64,000 nucleotides of DNA from an uncultured Chloroflexia bacterium. GTDB taxonomy: Bacteria; Chloroflexota; Limnocylindria; QHBO01. The position numbers and the translations under genes are program-made. Shown piece by piece: positions 37,844-47,197 of this stretch (positions are counted from its first letter, which is position 1; each line of letters starts with the position of its first letter). Location: the NCBI GenBank assembly GCA_963825525.1, contig CAWGTN010000003.1:128001-192000 (forward strand), written 5' to 3'. Below the pieces are notes generated by a model that had not been told where the DNA came from, ran no database searches, and saw only the letters and a list, made by a program, of their open reading frames with translations.

Positions 37844-40800
37844 CTATCGGTCTGCCATCTCCGCGAACTGGCACAGGGCGTTGGCGAGCCTCATCTGCTC
37901 GGGCGTGCGGGCGCGGACGCGCAGCAACGATGGCTCGGCCACCACCACGGTGACGCATCGGGCTCGGGAGGTCGCGACGTTCAGCCGATTCCTCGAGTAC
38001 AGGAAGCTCATCCCGCGAGGGGCGTCCTCGGGCGAGCTGGAGGTCATGGAGTAGATGCTGACCGGTGCCTCCTGGCCCTGGAACTTGTCGACGGTGCCGA
38101 CGCGGCCCTCGGGCAGCTCGCGCAGGATGGCGCCGACCTGGGCGTTGTACGGCGCCACGACGAGGACGTCCTGGTATGTCAGCGGGCACTCCTCGCCCTC
38201 CTGGTTCACCCAGGTGGCGCCGCCCTCGACCAGGGTCCGCACCAGGGTTGCCACGGCGCGGGCCTCTTCGACCGACTCGTTGTCGTTTCCGCTGTGCTCG
38301 ATCGGGAGCAGCCGGACGCCGACGCCGCCGAGCGGTTCGGTCGCGTGAAGCGTCTGCTGCCCCAGGTGCTCCTTTGACTCGAGGCGACCCTCGTAGAACG
38401 CCGGAGAGGTGAAGTCGGTGATCCTCGGATGGAGCCGCCAGGTGTGCTCGAGGAACAGGCCGCGATCGGGAGGCATGGTGTCGTCGTCGCCGAGCAGGTG
38501 CGCGAGCGCTGAGCGGTCCGCTCCGGGCGGATGCGAGCCCTTGATCGGCTGGTCGAGCTGCTGTGGGTCGCCCAGCAGCACGAGGCTGCTCGTCGAGCCG
38601 GCCATGGCAAGCACGTTGGCCAGCGAGATCTGGCCCGCCTCGTCGACGAACAGGACGTCGACCAGGCCGTCGCTCTTCTCCGGCGCCCAGAACCACGAGG
38701 TTCCTGCCGCTAGGTTGAACTCGCCGCTCGCCAGCCCTTCGCGAACCTCCGGGTTCGACTCGGTCACGTGGATCCGTGGGTCGTCGATACCGGGGATGCC
38801 CTCACTCACCTTCTGCGCCGCCCGAATGTCGACTTCGACCCCGTTGGCCGCCTTGAGCACCTCCGAGAGAAAGTTGCCGATGACCTTGTGGCTCGTGGCG
38901 CTGATGCCCACCTTCTTGCCGGCCTGCAGCAGCCGCACGATCATCCGGGCGCCGGTGTACGTCTTGCCGGAGCCGGGCGGACCCTGCAGCGCGAGTGTCC
39001 CCGCGTCGAGGCAGCTGACGAGGCGGATCGCTGCCTCGAGGTCGGACTCGCCATGGTGGCGCAAGGCCCCACCATCGGCCTGGCCACAACGAGGCGCCCG
39101 TGCCAGCAGAAGGTCCCGCCCGGCGCGCCACTCGCCCGGAGCGTCCACGCCGTTGGCGGCGACCCAGCGCCCGAGACGCAGCAGCGAGGCCCGGTGATCC
39201 GCGTCGCCAATGGTGTCGAGCGGAATCAGGGCCTCCGGGTGGCGGATGTCGGCGTCGTTCATCCAGACGAGATCGACGGTGGCTCGCGCGTTGTCGATGG
39301 CGTCGATCGATGCGCGAACCTTCCACGCCTTCCACGACGCGTCGGGCTGCTCCTGCTGCAGGCGCGGGTCGTAGAGCTCCGACCGGGAGCCGATGTCGTA
39401 CTCCTGGGCGGGGATTTCGTAGCGCCAGATCTGCCGCTCCTTCGCCTTCGGCTTCGGCTTGAATGGCGGCCCGATCGGACCGACGACGGTCAGGCGGCCG
39501 AGCGCCGTGCGGTCCTCGACCAGCTCGTCGGGTCCCATCCCCATCCGGTTGAAGAACTCCCAGTAGGCGACCTTTGCCTCGCGCCTGTGCCAGGACAGCA
39601 ATTGCGCCAGCAGCCAGGCCGCGTGCTGCTCATCGGTACGGTCGATCCGGTCCGCGGGGACCCCTTCGCTCAGCAGGTCCGCCACTTCCTGTACCTCGGC
39701 GGCGGACTCGGAGAGGCTGGCCGGGGCTTCCGGCGAGACTGCCGCCGGACGCGGGACCACCGCCCCGGCCAGCGCCGCCAGCTCGTGCCGCCGCTCCTCG
39801 AGCCAATCCCGGAGGCGGAGTGTGCTGAGGACGTCATCGCGGTTATAGGCCGCGATCGAGGCAAGGATCGTGGATGCGGGCCGATCGCCCTCGCCAAGCT
39901 CCAGCCAGCGCTCGAACTCGACGATGCTCGATCCGGCGTCGCGCAGACCCTCGGTTCGCGTGAAGTCGTACATCGGCTCGAGGCGCTTGATCGAGTAGCT
40001 CTCGACCGATGCGCGCAGCCCCTGGCGCACGGCCCGATACAGGTCGATGAGCACGTTGCCGCGCAGCAGGCGGTCGACCTGCTCCTCTCGCGTTCCGTGC
40101 CTGCCCATGAGGCGCTTGAGCGCCGTGGGCTCGTACGGGGCGTAGTGATAGACGTGCATGTTGGGATACTCGTCGAGCCGCGCAGTGAGCAGATCCATGA
40201 GCGTTTCGAACGCGGCCTTCTCCCCGGCCAGGGTGATCTCGTCCGGCGCATCGGGGTCGTGCGACCAGATCGGCGTGAACGCGCCGGCGGTGTCGAGGAC
40301 GCCGAAGAGATAGTCGATCCCGTCGTCGTAGGCGAACGGATCCCCCTCGAGGTCCAGGAAGAGGTCACCCTCGTCGGGCTCGGGCAGGGTGGCGAGCCCG
40401 CGCTCGGCCTCGATCGGCTCGCCCGGAGCAGGCTGGAGGAGTTCGTAGATCGGCTTTTCGAGGCCTCTGCCATCGACCTGGATGCGAGCCTGCTCGCGCA
40501 CTCGCTCCATCGAGGCCGCCCCGGCGCCGTCGAGCGGGGGATCGAACGGAATCGGGGCGGCGGCCAGGCGCTGGACCGTGTCGATCTCGCGTGCGACCAG
40601 GGACTTCCGCTGGCGCGTGCTGATTCCCGCCACGAGCGAGAGGTGGTCGTCCTCTCGGCGACGTTTGACGCACAGCTCGGCCCAGCGGCAGACGGTGCAG
40701 TGCTCGACCGGCTCGGGGTAGGTGTCTTGCGGCGGGTACGTAGGGGCCGCGGCGGCGTCGAGCACCGTGTCTTCGAAGCGGCGCTTCGCGGCACGGTAGT

Positions 40801-41389
40801 ACGACAGGTAATCGGTGACCCGCAGCGCGGCGACCTCGCGAGCGCTTCCCCCGAGCACAACACGCATCTCTTCGGGTTGGACGCCCTGGAGAGCCGTGAG
40901 CTGCTCCACGTAGCTGCACATCTGGAGCACGGCGCCGGCCTTGACGTGACGGGCGAGCTTGGTATCGGCGACCTCGTAGTGATACGGACCCCAGACCGAT
41001 GGGCGCTCCAGCGACTCGACCCGCAGCAGGAAGTCCGCGTATCCGAGCCACCGACCGTCGAAGAATGTGGCCTGGAAGATGACGTCGGCACCGGACGCCA
41101 TGGCATCGATCGTCTCCTGGGCCTGTCGTCGGATGCGGTCGCCGCGATCCTCGTCATCGTTGCGCGCGATCTCGACCACGGCCCGGCCGTCGGCGGCGAG
41201 GTCATCCAGGTAGTGCTGCTCGTGGCGGAAGCCGCGCTCGCGGATGACGTCAAGCTCCGGGTCGTCCCGCATCGGGCGCTTGACGAGTCCCGCGAGCGCG
41301 CCTCGTTCGAGCGCGGTCAGGTGCTCGCAGGCCAGGTACCCGACGAGGTCGGTGGCCGAGAACACGGCCTGGCCGTCAATCAGCTGCAG
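37844..41389 (-). CDS. TM0106-family RecB-like nuclease fused to RNase H-like and SF1 helicase domains; probable CTG start
   Basis: SATDL...CEH, GYADFL, EVADTKLAR, CTVCRWAELC, FLDLEGDP, YSIKRLE, YNRDD, QGPPGSGKT, VDEAGQ, LGDPQQL, PYNAQV, TVDKFQGQE, NRLNVATSRA. Confidence 0.92.
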   Translation of the reverse strand: MQLIDGQAVFSATDLVGYLACEHLTALERGALAGLVKRPMRDDPELDVIRERGFRHEQHYLDDLAADGRAVVEIARNDDEDRGDRIRRQAQETIDAMASGADVIFQATFFDGRWLGYADFLLRVESLERPSVWGPYHYEVADTKLARHVKAGAVLQMCSYVEQLTALQGVQPEEMRVVLGGSAREVAALRVTDYLSYYRAAKRRFEDTVLDAAAAPTYPPQDTYPEPVEHCTVCRWAELCVKRRREDDHLSLVAGISTRQRKSLVAREIDTVQRLAAAPIPFDPPLDGAGAASMERVREQARIQVDGRGLEKPIYELLQPAPGEPIEAERGLATLPEPDEGDLFLDLEGDPFAYDDGIDYLFGVLDTAGAFTPIWSHDPDAPDEITLAGEKAAFETLMDLLTARLDEYPNMHVYHYAPYEPTALKRLMGRHGTREEQVDRLLRGNVLIDLYRAVRQGLRASVESYSIKRLEPMYDFTRTEGLRDAGSSIVEFERWLELGEGDRPASTILASIAAYNRDDVLSTLRLRDWLEERRHELAALAGAVVPRPAAVSPEAPASLSESAAEVQEVADLLSEGVPADRIDRTDEQHAAWLLAQLLSWHRREAKVAYWEFFNRMGMGPDELVEDRTALGRLTVVGPIGPPFKPKPKAKERQIWRYEIPAQEYDIGSRSELYDPRLQQEQPDASWKAWKVRASIDAIDNARATVDLVWMNDADIRHPEALIPLDTIGDADHRASLLRLGRWVAANGVDAPGEWRAGRDLLLARAPRCGQADGGALRHHGESDLEAAIRLVSCLDAGTLALQGPPGSGKTYTGARMIVRLLQAGKKVGISATSHKVIGNFLSEVLKAANGVEVDIRAAQKVSEGIPGIDDPRIHVTESNPEVREGLASGEFNLAAGTSWFWAPEKSDGLVDVLFVDEAGQISLANVLAMAGSTSSLVLLGDPQQLDQPIKGSHPPGADRSALAHLLGDDDTMPPDRGLFLEHTWRLHPRITDFTSPAFYEGRLESKEHLGQQTLHATEPLGGVGVRLLPIEHSGNDNESVEEARAVATLVRTLVEGGATWVNQEGEECPLTYQDVLVVAPYNAQVGAILRELPEGRVGTVDKFQGQEAPVSIYSMTSSSPEDAPRGMSFLYSRNRLNVATSRARCVTVVVAEPSLLRVRARTPEQMRLANALCQFAEMADR

Positions 41390-41472
41390 TGGATGGTCCT
41401 CCCCATGCAGCAAAGCCTAGCCGTTCGACGTGACAGCTCGTGCGTCGCTTGCGGGCCGTTGCACAATCAGGC

Positions 41473-41937
41473 ATGCGCGCGCGATGGCCTGTCCTCGTCA
41501 TCCTGGGTCTTTCGGCGTGCGCATCCGCGCCCGCCCCGGTGCCGGACCTCGCGGGCTGTGATCGCACCGACGACTTCACGTTCGTCGGTGAGACCACGCT
41601 CGCCGCGCTTGGCGTGGCAGAGTTCGCCGGCGGGCAGGATGCCATCCGACGGGGCATGGTCTGGGTGACGGCAGGCCCGGTCTCGATGAATCCCAGGCGT
41701 CCGCTCGACGCCGGTGGGCCGGTCGACGGACCGATGTCGCGCGTGGTGTGTGTCCAGTGGCCTGATGGGAGCGGCATCACCACCTCGATCGATGACGACT
41801 GGCAGCCACCCGTCGATCTCCAGGCGGCGCCCAATCTGGCAGCCGACGAGGTTCCGCTGTCCCTCGGCCTTGTGCTCGTCCTTGCAGTGCTGGTCGGTGC
41901 GTCGTTCCTTGCCTTCCGCCGGGACGCCGTGGCCTGA
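41473..41937 (+). CDS. Hypothetical lipoprotein with C-terminal membrane anchor (paralog 1)
   Basis: Lipobox LSAC; GCD.T.DF.FVGETTLAALG...VCV.WPDGSG; C-terminal helix plus FRRD. Confidence 0.8.
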   Translation: MRARWPVLVILGLSACASAPAPVPDLAGCDRTDDFTFVGETTLAALGVAEFAGGQDAIRRGMVWVTAGPVSMNPRRPLDAGGPVDGPMSRVVCVQWPDGSGITTSIDDDWQPPVDLQAAPNLAADEVPLSLGLVLVLAVLVGASFLAFRRDAVA

Positions 41938-42103
41938 TCAGACGGCTTCGCCGGGCGGCATTGGCGGCTCATCGGGCCGCAGGGTCGGCTCGGCGGCGTC
42001 GGAGGAGATCGGGTCGGACGACGCTCACTCGCGTCGGGCGAGCAGGGTAGCGGCTTGTTGTGACAGCTCGCGCGTCATCGCCGATGAGGTGGAGAATGGG
42101 CCC

Positions 42104-42589
42104 ATGCACCCTCTTGGTCCTGGGACACTCGCACTCCTGGCCCTCGCCCTCGCCGGCTGTCTGGGCCCGACGGCCGAGCCCCCGTCATTGCCCGGCTGCG
42201 ACCAGACCACGGATTTCGCATTCGTCGGCGAGACCACGCTGGCCGCGCTCGGCCTCCCGGACTTCGCCGGCGGGCAGGATGCCGTTCGGACCGGCAAGAT
42301 CTGGGTCACCGCCCGCCCCGTCTCGGTCGATCGCGGACCCGTCCAGCCCAACGACGAGCCGGGAATGGAGCTGCTGTCGCGCATGGTCTGCGTCGAGTGG
42401 CCCGACGGGAGCGGCATGGCGGGTTCCATCGACGAGGGCTGGCAGCCTCCCCCCGGACTGCTCGCCACGCCCTCCGGATCCGGCAGCGCCGTTCCGATCC
42501 TGGCGCTCGTCGTCGTCACCACGGTCGTGATCGGCGTGTCGTTCATCGCCTTTCGGCGCGACAGCCGCAGAGAGCCCGGCGAGGGCTAG
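42104..42589 (+). CDS. Hypothetical lipoprotein with C-terminal membrane anchor (paralog 2)
   Basis: Lipobox LAGC; same blocks as paralog 1 (FVGETTLAALG, FAGGQDA, WVTA.PVS, WPDGSG, SID..WQPP, AFRRD). Confidence 0.8.
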   Translation: MHPLGPGTLALLALALAGCLGPTAEPPSLPGCDQTTDFAFVGETTLAALGLPDFAGGQDAVRTGKIWVTARPVSVDRGPVQPNDEPGMELLSRMVCVEWPDGSGMAGSIDEGWQPPPGLLATPSGSGSAVPILALVVVTTVVIGVSFIAFRRDSRREPGEG

Positions 42590-43872
42590 ACCTCCATCGG
42601 TGGCGGCACGTCTCTCGGGGTGATATCGCCCGAATCAGGTTCGATCGGGTCGGACGCCGCTCCCTCGCGTCGGGCGAGCAGGACGAACGGGATGGCGAGG
42701 GCCTGGATCGCGCCGGCGACCACGTAGGAGGCGGCATATCCGTTGAGATCCGCCACGCGACCCAGGGCAGGTTGGATGACCACGCCGCCCGCCGAGCCGA
42801 GCAGCGAGTCGAACGAGAGCACGGTAGCTCGCTGCTGTGACGGGATGAGCCCGTTGAGGAAGGCGCGCCGGATCGGGTCCTCGAGGGCCGAGACCAGAGC
42901 CCACGTGATGAGCAGCGCGAGCGCCACCACGAACACCGGCATGACTCCGAGCGCGACCAGGGCGACAACGCTCAGGAGCGTGCTGATGAGGATTGCGTCC
43001 GTCCGTCGGCGGAAGAGGCGTCGCACGTACACCACGCTGAGGCCGCCGAGCATCTGGGCCGCGGCGAGGATGGCGGCGGCGAGTCCCGCGATCCCGTACG
43101 CGGTCGGGTCACCGTAGAGCTCAAGCAGGTACGGCTGCAGCGCGTAGAACGCATAGAATCCGACCCCCGTCGTGAACGGGGCGGCCAGCATCAGCCAGCG
43201 CACGGGACGGTTCCGCAGGCCGCCCTCGACCGCGCCGGAGAGCACGGTGCGGACCGCCGCGCCCGGCGACGCGGTCCGGTCGGGCGTGAAGCCGATGTCG
43301 CGCATGAACCGCCAGGCGATGACGACCGTGAGGCCCAACAGGGCGGCCCGCACGATGTATGGCACGCCGAGGCTCGTGAACTGGGCAATGACGCCACCAA
43401 GGACGGAGCCGACGAGCATCGCTCCGCCGCCCACGACCTGGGCGCGTCCGAAGACGCTCTCGAGGTCGCCGACGAATCCCGTCTCGGTCAGCGCGTCGAC
43501 GAGCCACGCCTCGGTCGCGCCAGAGAAGAATGTGAACCCCAGGCCGAGCAGGGCGGAGGCAGCAGCCCAGCCGATGAACGGCGCCTCGATCTGCCACATG
43601 AGCAGGTAGAGCAGGGTGGAGGCGAGAAGTGTCGCCGCGCCCAGGATGAACGAGAAGCGGCGACCGCGGGTATCGGCCACGACGCCGGTCGGAACCTCGA
43701 AGATGACCTGCCCGACGGCGAAGAACGCGTTGGCGGCGAAGGCCTCGGTGTTGCTCAGCCCGGCATCGAGCAGGAAGAGGGTGTTCACGCCCCAGATGAA
43801 CGACGCGGCGAGCGTCGTCAGCAGGGTCAGCGCGAGATATGTCCGCTGAACCGTTCGCGCGGCGGCCGGCAT
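42586..43872 (-). CDS. MFS transporter
   Basis: FEVPTGVVADTRGRR, FFSGATEAWLVD, RATVLSFDS. Confidence 0.9.
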   Translation of the reverse strand: MPAAARTVQRTYLALTLLTTLAASFIWGVNTLFLLDAGLSNTEAFAANAFFAVGQVIFEVPTGVVADTRGRRFSFILGAATLLASTLLYLLMWQIEAPFIGWAAASALLGLGFTFFSGATEAWLVDALTETGFVGDLESVFGRAQVVGGGAMLVGSVLGGVIAQFTSLGVPYIVRAALLGLTVVIAWRFMRDIGFTPDRTASPGAAVRTVLSGAVEGGLRNRPVRWLMLAAPFTTGVGFYAFYALQPYLLELYGDPTAYGIAGLAAAILAAAQMLGGLSVVYVRRLFRRRTDAILISTLLSVVALVALGVMPVFVVALALLITWALVSALEDPIRRAFLNGLIPSQQRATVLSFDSLLGSAGGVVIQPALGRVADLNGYAASYVVAGAIQALAIPFVLLARREGAASDPIEPDSGDITPRDVPPPMEV

Positions 43873-43919
43873 CGAGCTACGCGGGGCCACGTCGCTGCCA
43901 TCGGGGGAGTGGTCCCCGC

Positions 43920-44417
43920 TCAGGCACCGTCATCTACGGGTACCGCGAACTGGTCGTGGGCCCGCACGAAGGCGGCGCGCTCCTCGTCGCTGGACCGAGA
44001 CATCGACGCCAGACCCTCGAAGTACGCCTCGCGGGGCGCGCCCGGCGAGAAGTGGATGAGCATCGTCGCCGCCGCGCCGGACCGATTCCGGAAGGCATGG
44101 ATGCCACCCTCCGGAACGTGGAAGAAGTCTCCAGGCAGCGCGTCGGTCCACTCACGGCCGTCGTACACCGCCACGGTCCCCGACAGGATGTAGAACGACT
44201 CCGAGAACGACCGATGAAAGTGCGGATCGGGGCCACTCTCCTGTGGCCCCATCTCCCAGCGGTACAGGCCGAATTGGCCGTCGGTGGTCGCCCCGGTGGC
44301 GAGGTAGTGGACGAGGTTGCCATTGGAATAGCGCAGGTCGGGCAGCGCGTCGGACGTACGCAGCGAGGCAGTCGGCTCGCCGCCCTCGCCGGTGTAGCGC
44401 GGCTCCGGATAGGTCAT
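43920..44417 (-). CDS. Cupin domain protein
   Basis: [18 protein letters not shown]...[11 protein letters not shown]; ATGA overlap with the sigma gene. Confidence 0.9.
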   Translation of the reverse strand: MTYPEPRYTGEGGEPTASLRTSDALPDLRYSNGNLVHYLATGATTDGQFGLYRWEMGPQESGPDPHFHRSFSESFYILSGTVAVYDGREWTDALPGDFFHVPEGGIHAFRNRSGAAATMLIHFSPGAPREAYFEGLASMSRSSDEERAAFVRAHDQFAVPVDDGA

Positions 44418-45439
44418 GGTCGGGCGACGTCAGGATCGAGATGCGACGGCAGGCCGAAGAGCGGGAACCAGCGTGCCGTGTCGAGGAAGAACGTGATGCC
44501 GCCGATCCGATCGCCATCGAGCTCCAGGACCTGGAGCGACCACGGCTCGAACCCGCCTCCCGCGGCGGGCTTGTACTGCGCGAAGGCGGGTGAGCCATTG
44601 GCCATGACCGGGATGAGTCGAGAGCCCTGGCAGCCGATGCCGGGGCCGAGGCACCACTTCACCACGTCCTCGTGGGTCTGCAGCCACAGGTCGTACGGCG
44701 GCATATTCCACTCGGCGTCCTCGCGCAGGAGCGCGGTCAGCGCATCCATGTCGTAGCGCTCGAATGCATCGACGTAGCGGCCCAGCAGCGACTCCGCGGC
44801 CGCATCGATCGGAGCCGCGGGAGCATCGGCATCCACGCCGTGCTCGTCGAGCGTGGCTCGAGCGCGCTGGAGCGCGCTGTTGACCGATGCGACCGATGTG
44901 TCGAGCAGCTCGGCGACCTCGCTCGCGCGCCAGCGCAGCACCTCGCGCAGGATGAGGACGGCTCGCTGCTTCGGCGGAAGGTGCTGCAGCGCGGCCATGA
45001 ATGCGAGCTTGATCGACTCGCGGGCCACGGCCGTCTCGGCGGGATCGACGGCCGACGGCATGACCCGCGCATCGGGGATCGGCTCGATCCAGACGCTCTC
45101 CACCAGTGGCGGCGGCAGGGGAGTGTCCGCGGACTGCGCCGGCCCCATGTCCATCGGCCGCGCGCGACGCTGCCGGCTGCCCAGCATGTCGAGGCAGACG
45201 TTGGTGGCGATCCGGTACAGCCACGAGCGAAGCTGCGCGCGGCCTTCGAATCGGTCGAGCGCTCGCCACGCCTTGAGCAGGGTCTCCTGGACCGCGTCCT
45301 CGGCCTCGAACGAGCTGCCGAGCATCCGATAGCAGTAGCCGATGAGCTCCTTGCGGTGGCTCTCGAGCTGCGGCTCGAGCTCTTCGTGGGTCGGCCGTGT
45401 CGTGGCCGCTGCAAACGTGTGTCCCGTCGATTCGCTCAT
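44414..45439 (-). CDS. ECF sigma factor, SigG-like, with C-terminal SnoaL domain
   Basis: [64 protein letters not shown]. Confidence 0.92.
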   Translation of the reverse strand: MSESTGHTFAAATTRPTHEELEPQLESHRKELIGYCYRMLGSSFEAEDAVQETLLKAWRALDRFEGRAQLRSWLYRIATNVCLDMLGSRQRRARPMDMGPAQSADTPLPPPLVESVWIEPIPDARVMPSAVDPAETAVARESIKLAFMAALQHLPPKQRAVLILREVLRWRASEVAELLDTSVASVNSALQRARATLDEHGVDADAPAAPIDAAAESLLGRYVDAFERYDMDALTALLREDAEWNMPPYDLWLQTHEDVVKWCLGPGIGCQGSRLIPVMANGSPAFAQYKPAAGGGFEPWSLQVLELDGDRIGGITFFLDTARWFPLFGLPSHLDPDVARP

Positions 45440-45449
45440 GGGATCGATG

Positions 45450-45764
45450 CTACTCCGTGGGCTGCATATCTGGGCATCGCCGCACCGCCAGAAGGCGCAC
45501 TTCGACGTCACCCGCGTTGCGCAGGATACGCAGGGGGAGCCAGCCGAGGGCCAGCTGATCGCCGGCGACGAACGTCTGCGACCCCCCGGCGGCGCAGTCG
45601 ACCTGGAGCACGCCTTCCTCGATGAGGACGAACGCTCCCGCCCATTCCTCGGCACTGGTCGCGTGCACGTCCCCCGGGGCGAGGACAAGGCGCCGACGCT
45701 CGAACGCCGGCCCAAGCTCCCGATCCAGGTCCACCGGCCAGCCCCTCCCGCCAGCCATCGTCAT
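45450..45764 (-). CDS. Small cupin-like hypothetical protein
   Basis: ATGA overlap with the upstream oxidase; [12 protein letters not shown]...LRN.G beta-barrel-like pattern. Confidence 0.6.
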   Translation of the reverse strand: MTMAGGRGWPVDLDRELGPAFERRRLVLAPGDVHATSAEEWAGAFVLIEEGVLQVDCAAGGSQTFVAGDQLALGWLPLRILRNAGDVEVRLLAVRRCPDMQPTE

Positions 45765-47134
45765 GCCCGGGGCGGCACGTTCACGTTCCGATGGAACAGG
45801 TTCGCCGGGTCGTAGCGCGCCTTGATCTCGCGCAGCCGATCCCACGTTGAGGCCGGATACGCCGCGCGGAGGCTCTTCTCCGATGCGTCCTCGATGAAAT
45901 TGACGTACGCACCGGGAACGCCCTGGTCAATAGCCGCAGCCAACCCGACGGCCCATTCCTCGCGACGCGGGCGGTCGTCCGGGCCGTCGACGAAGCTCAC
46001 GACGATCCCCATGATCGGCGCGCTGCGGTGGGCAAACGCGGTGGCGTCGGCCGGGACGCGGGCCATGGCACCCCCGAGCGCACGCAGCTGGACGGCCTTC
46101 ATGGACGAGTCCGATGCCTCCAGGTACTCGAGCATGGTGGTCGCCGTGGCCACGTCGACATGGTCGAGGAACATCGTCCGCCCGACGACGATCGGGCGGA
46201 AATCCCCCTCCTCGGGCGGGAACATCTCCGGATAGGGGATCGGCCGCACCAGGTCGGCAATCGGCTCGGCCAGGGCTCGGAAGGGCGCGATGACGGCGTT
46301 CGCGTCATCGGCGTCTCCGGCGTAGCAGACCAGGGCCATGAGGACGATGCTGCCGTGATGCTCCTCGGGCACGAACGGCATCGGCGGACAGCCCATGACG
46401 TTCGCGATCGTGCTCAGCTCCTCGGGCGCCGCGGCCGCGGCGGCCATGAAGCCGGCAACCACCTCGGGCGTCGCGGGCAGGACGAGGATGCCACCGACCA
46501 CCCCATCGAGGGGATGGAGCGCGAACGTGAAGCGGGTGACGACGCCGAAGTTGCCGCCGCCACCGCGAACCGCCCAGAACAGGTCAGGGTGCGAGTCGGC
46601 GTCGACGTCGAGTCGCTCACCGGCGGCCGTGACCATCTCCACCCCCAGCAGCGAGTCGATGGTCATGCCGTGCTTGCGCACGAGATAGCCGATCCCGCCG
46701 CCGAGGGTGATCCCGCCGACGCCCACCGACCCGGTGTCACCGAAGCCCACGGCCAGCCCGTGCTCGGCTGCCGCCGCCGTGATCTCGGCCGCCGTGAGTC
46801 CTGCCTCGGCTCGCGCGATGCGCGCCTCCGGGTCGATCTCGATGCCCTTCATCTCTCGGAGGTCGATCACGACGCCACCGTGGGTGGATCCGAATCCGAG
46901 GCCCGAGTGGCCGCCACAGCGGACCGCCACCTCGAGATCCGCTTCGCGCGCGAAGCCGATGACGGTCGCCACGTCGCCGGCGTCACGCGGACGGGCGATC
47001 ACCGATGGCAGATCCTCGAAGCCTCCCGCCCCCACGAGGCGGAGCGCGTCATAGGTGGGATCGTCGGGTGTGATGACCGGCCCGCCGATGTGCTCGCGCA
47101 GCTCGGCGACCGATGTCGGGGGTGAAGAGATCAC
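45761..47134 (-). CDS. FAD-binding oxidoreductase (BBE / 6-HDNO family)
   Basis: VRCGGHS, VGVGGITLGGGIG, LFWAVRGGGGNFGVVT, YVNF, IKARYDPANLF. Confidence 0.93.
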   Translation of the reverse strand: MISSPPTSVAELREHIGGPVITPDDPTYDALRLVGAGGFEDLPSVIARPRDAGDVATVIGFAREADLEVAVRCGGHSGLGFGSTHGGVVIDLREMKGIEIDPEARIARAEAGLTAAEITAAAAEHGLAVGFGDTGSVGVGGITLGGGIGYLVRKHGMTIDSLLGVEMVTAAGERLDVDADSHPDLFWAVRGGGGNFGVVTRFTFALHPLDGVVGGILVLPATPEVVAGFMAAAAAAPEELSTIANVMGCPPMPFVPEEHHGSIVLMALVCYAGDADDANAVIAPFRALAEPIADLVRPIPYPEMFPPEEGDFRPIVVGRTMFLDHVDVATATTMLEYLEASDSSMKAVQLRALGGAMARVPADATAFAHRSAPIMGIVVSFVDGPDDRPRREEWAVGLAAAIDQGVPGAYVNFIEDASEKSLRAAYPASTWDRLREIKARYDPANLFHRNVNVPPRA

Positions 47135-47197
47135 GGTGGTCCTCTCATGTTCGGTCGGGTGAGTATCAGTCCATAGGACGGTGCAGGCGGTCGAGAA

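Noticed and set aside
38768-41668. 966-aa plus-strand ORF and other long antisense or shadow ORFs (e.g. 60-1463, 2745-4385, 58113-59867)
   Set aside because: They overlap well-supported genes, have no motifs and are expected in high-GC DNA with few stop codons
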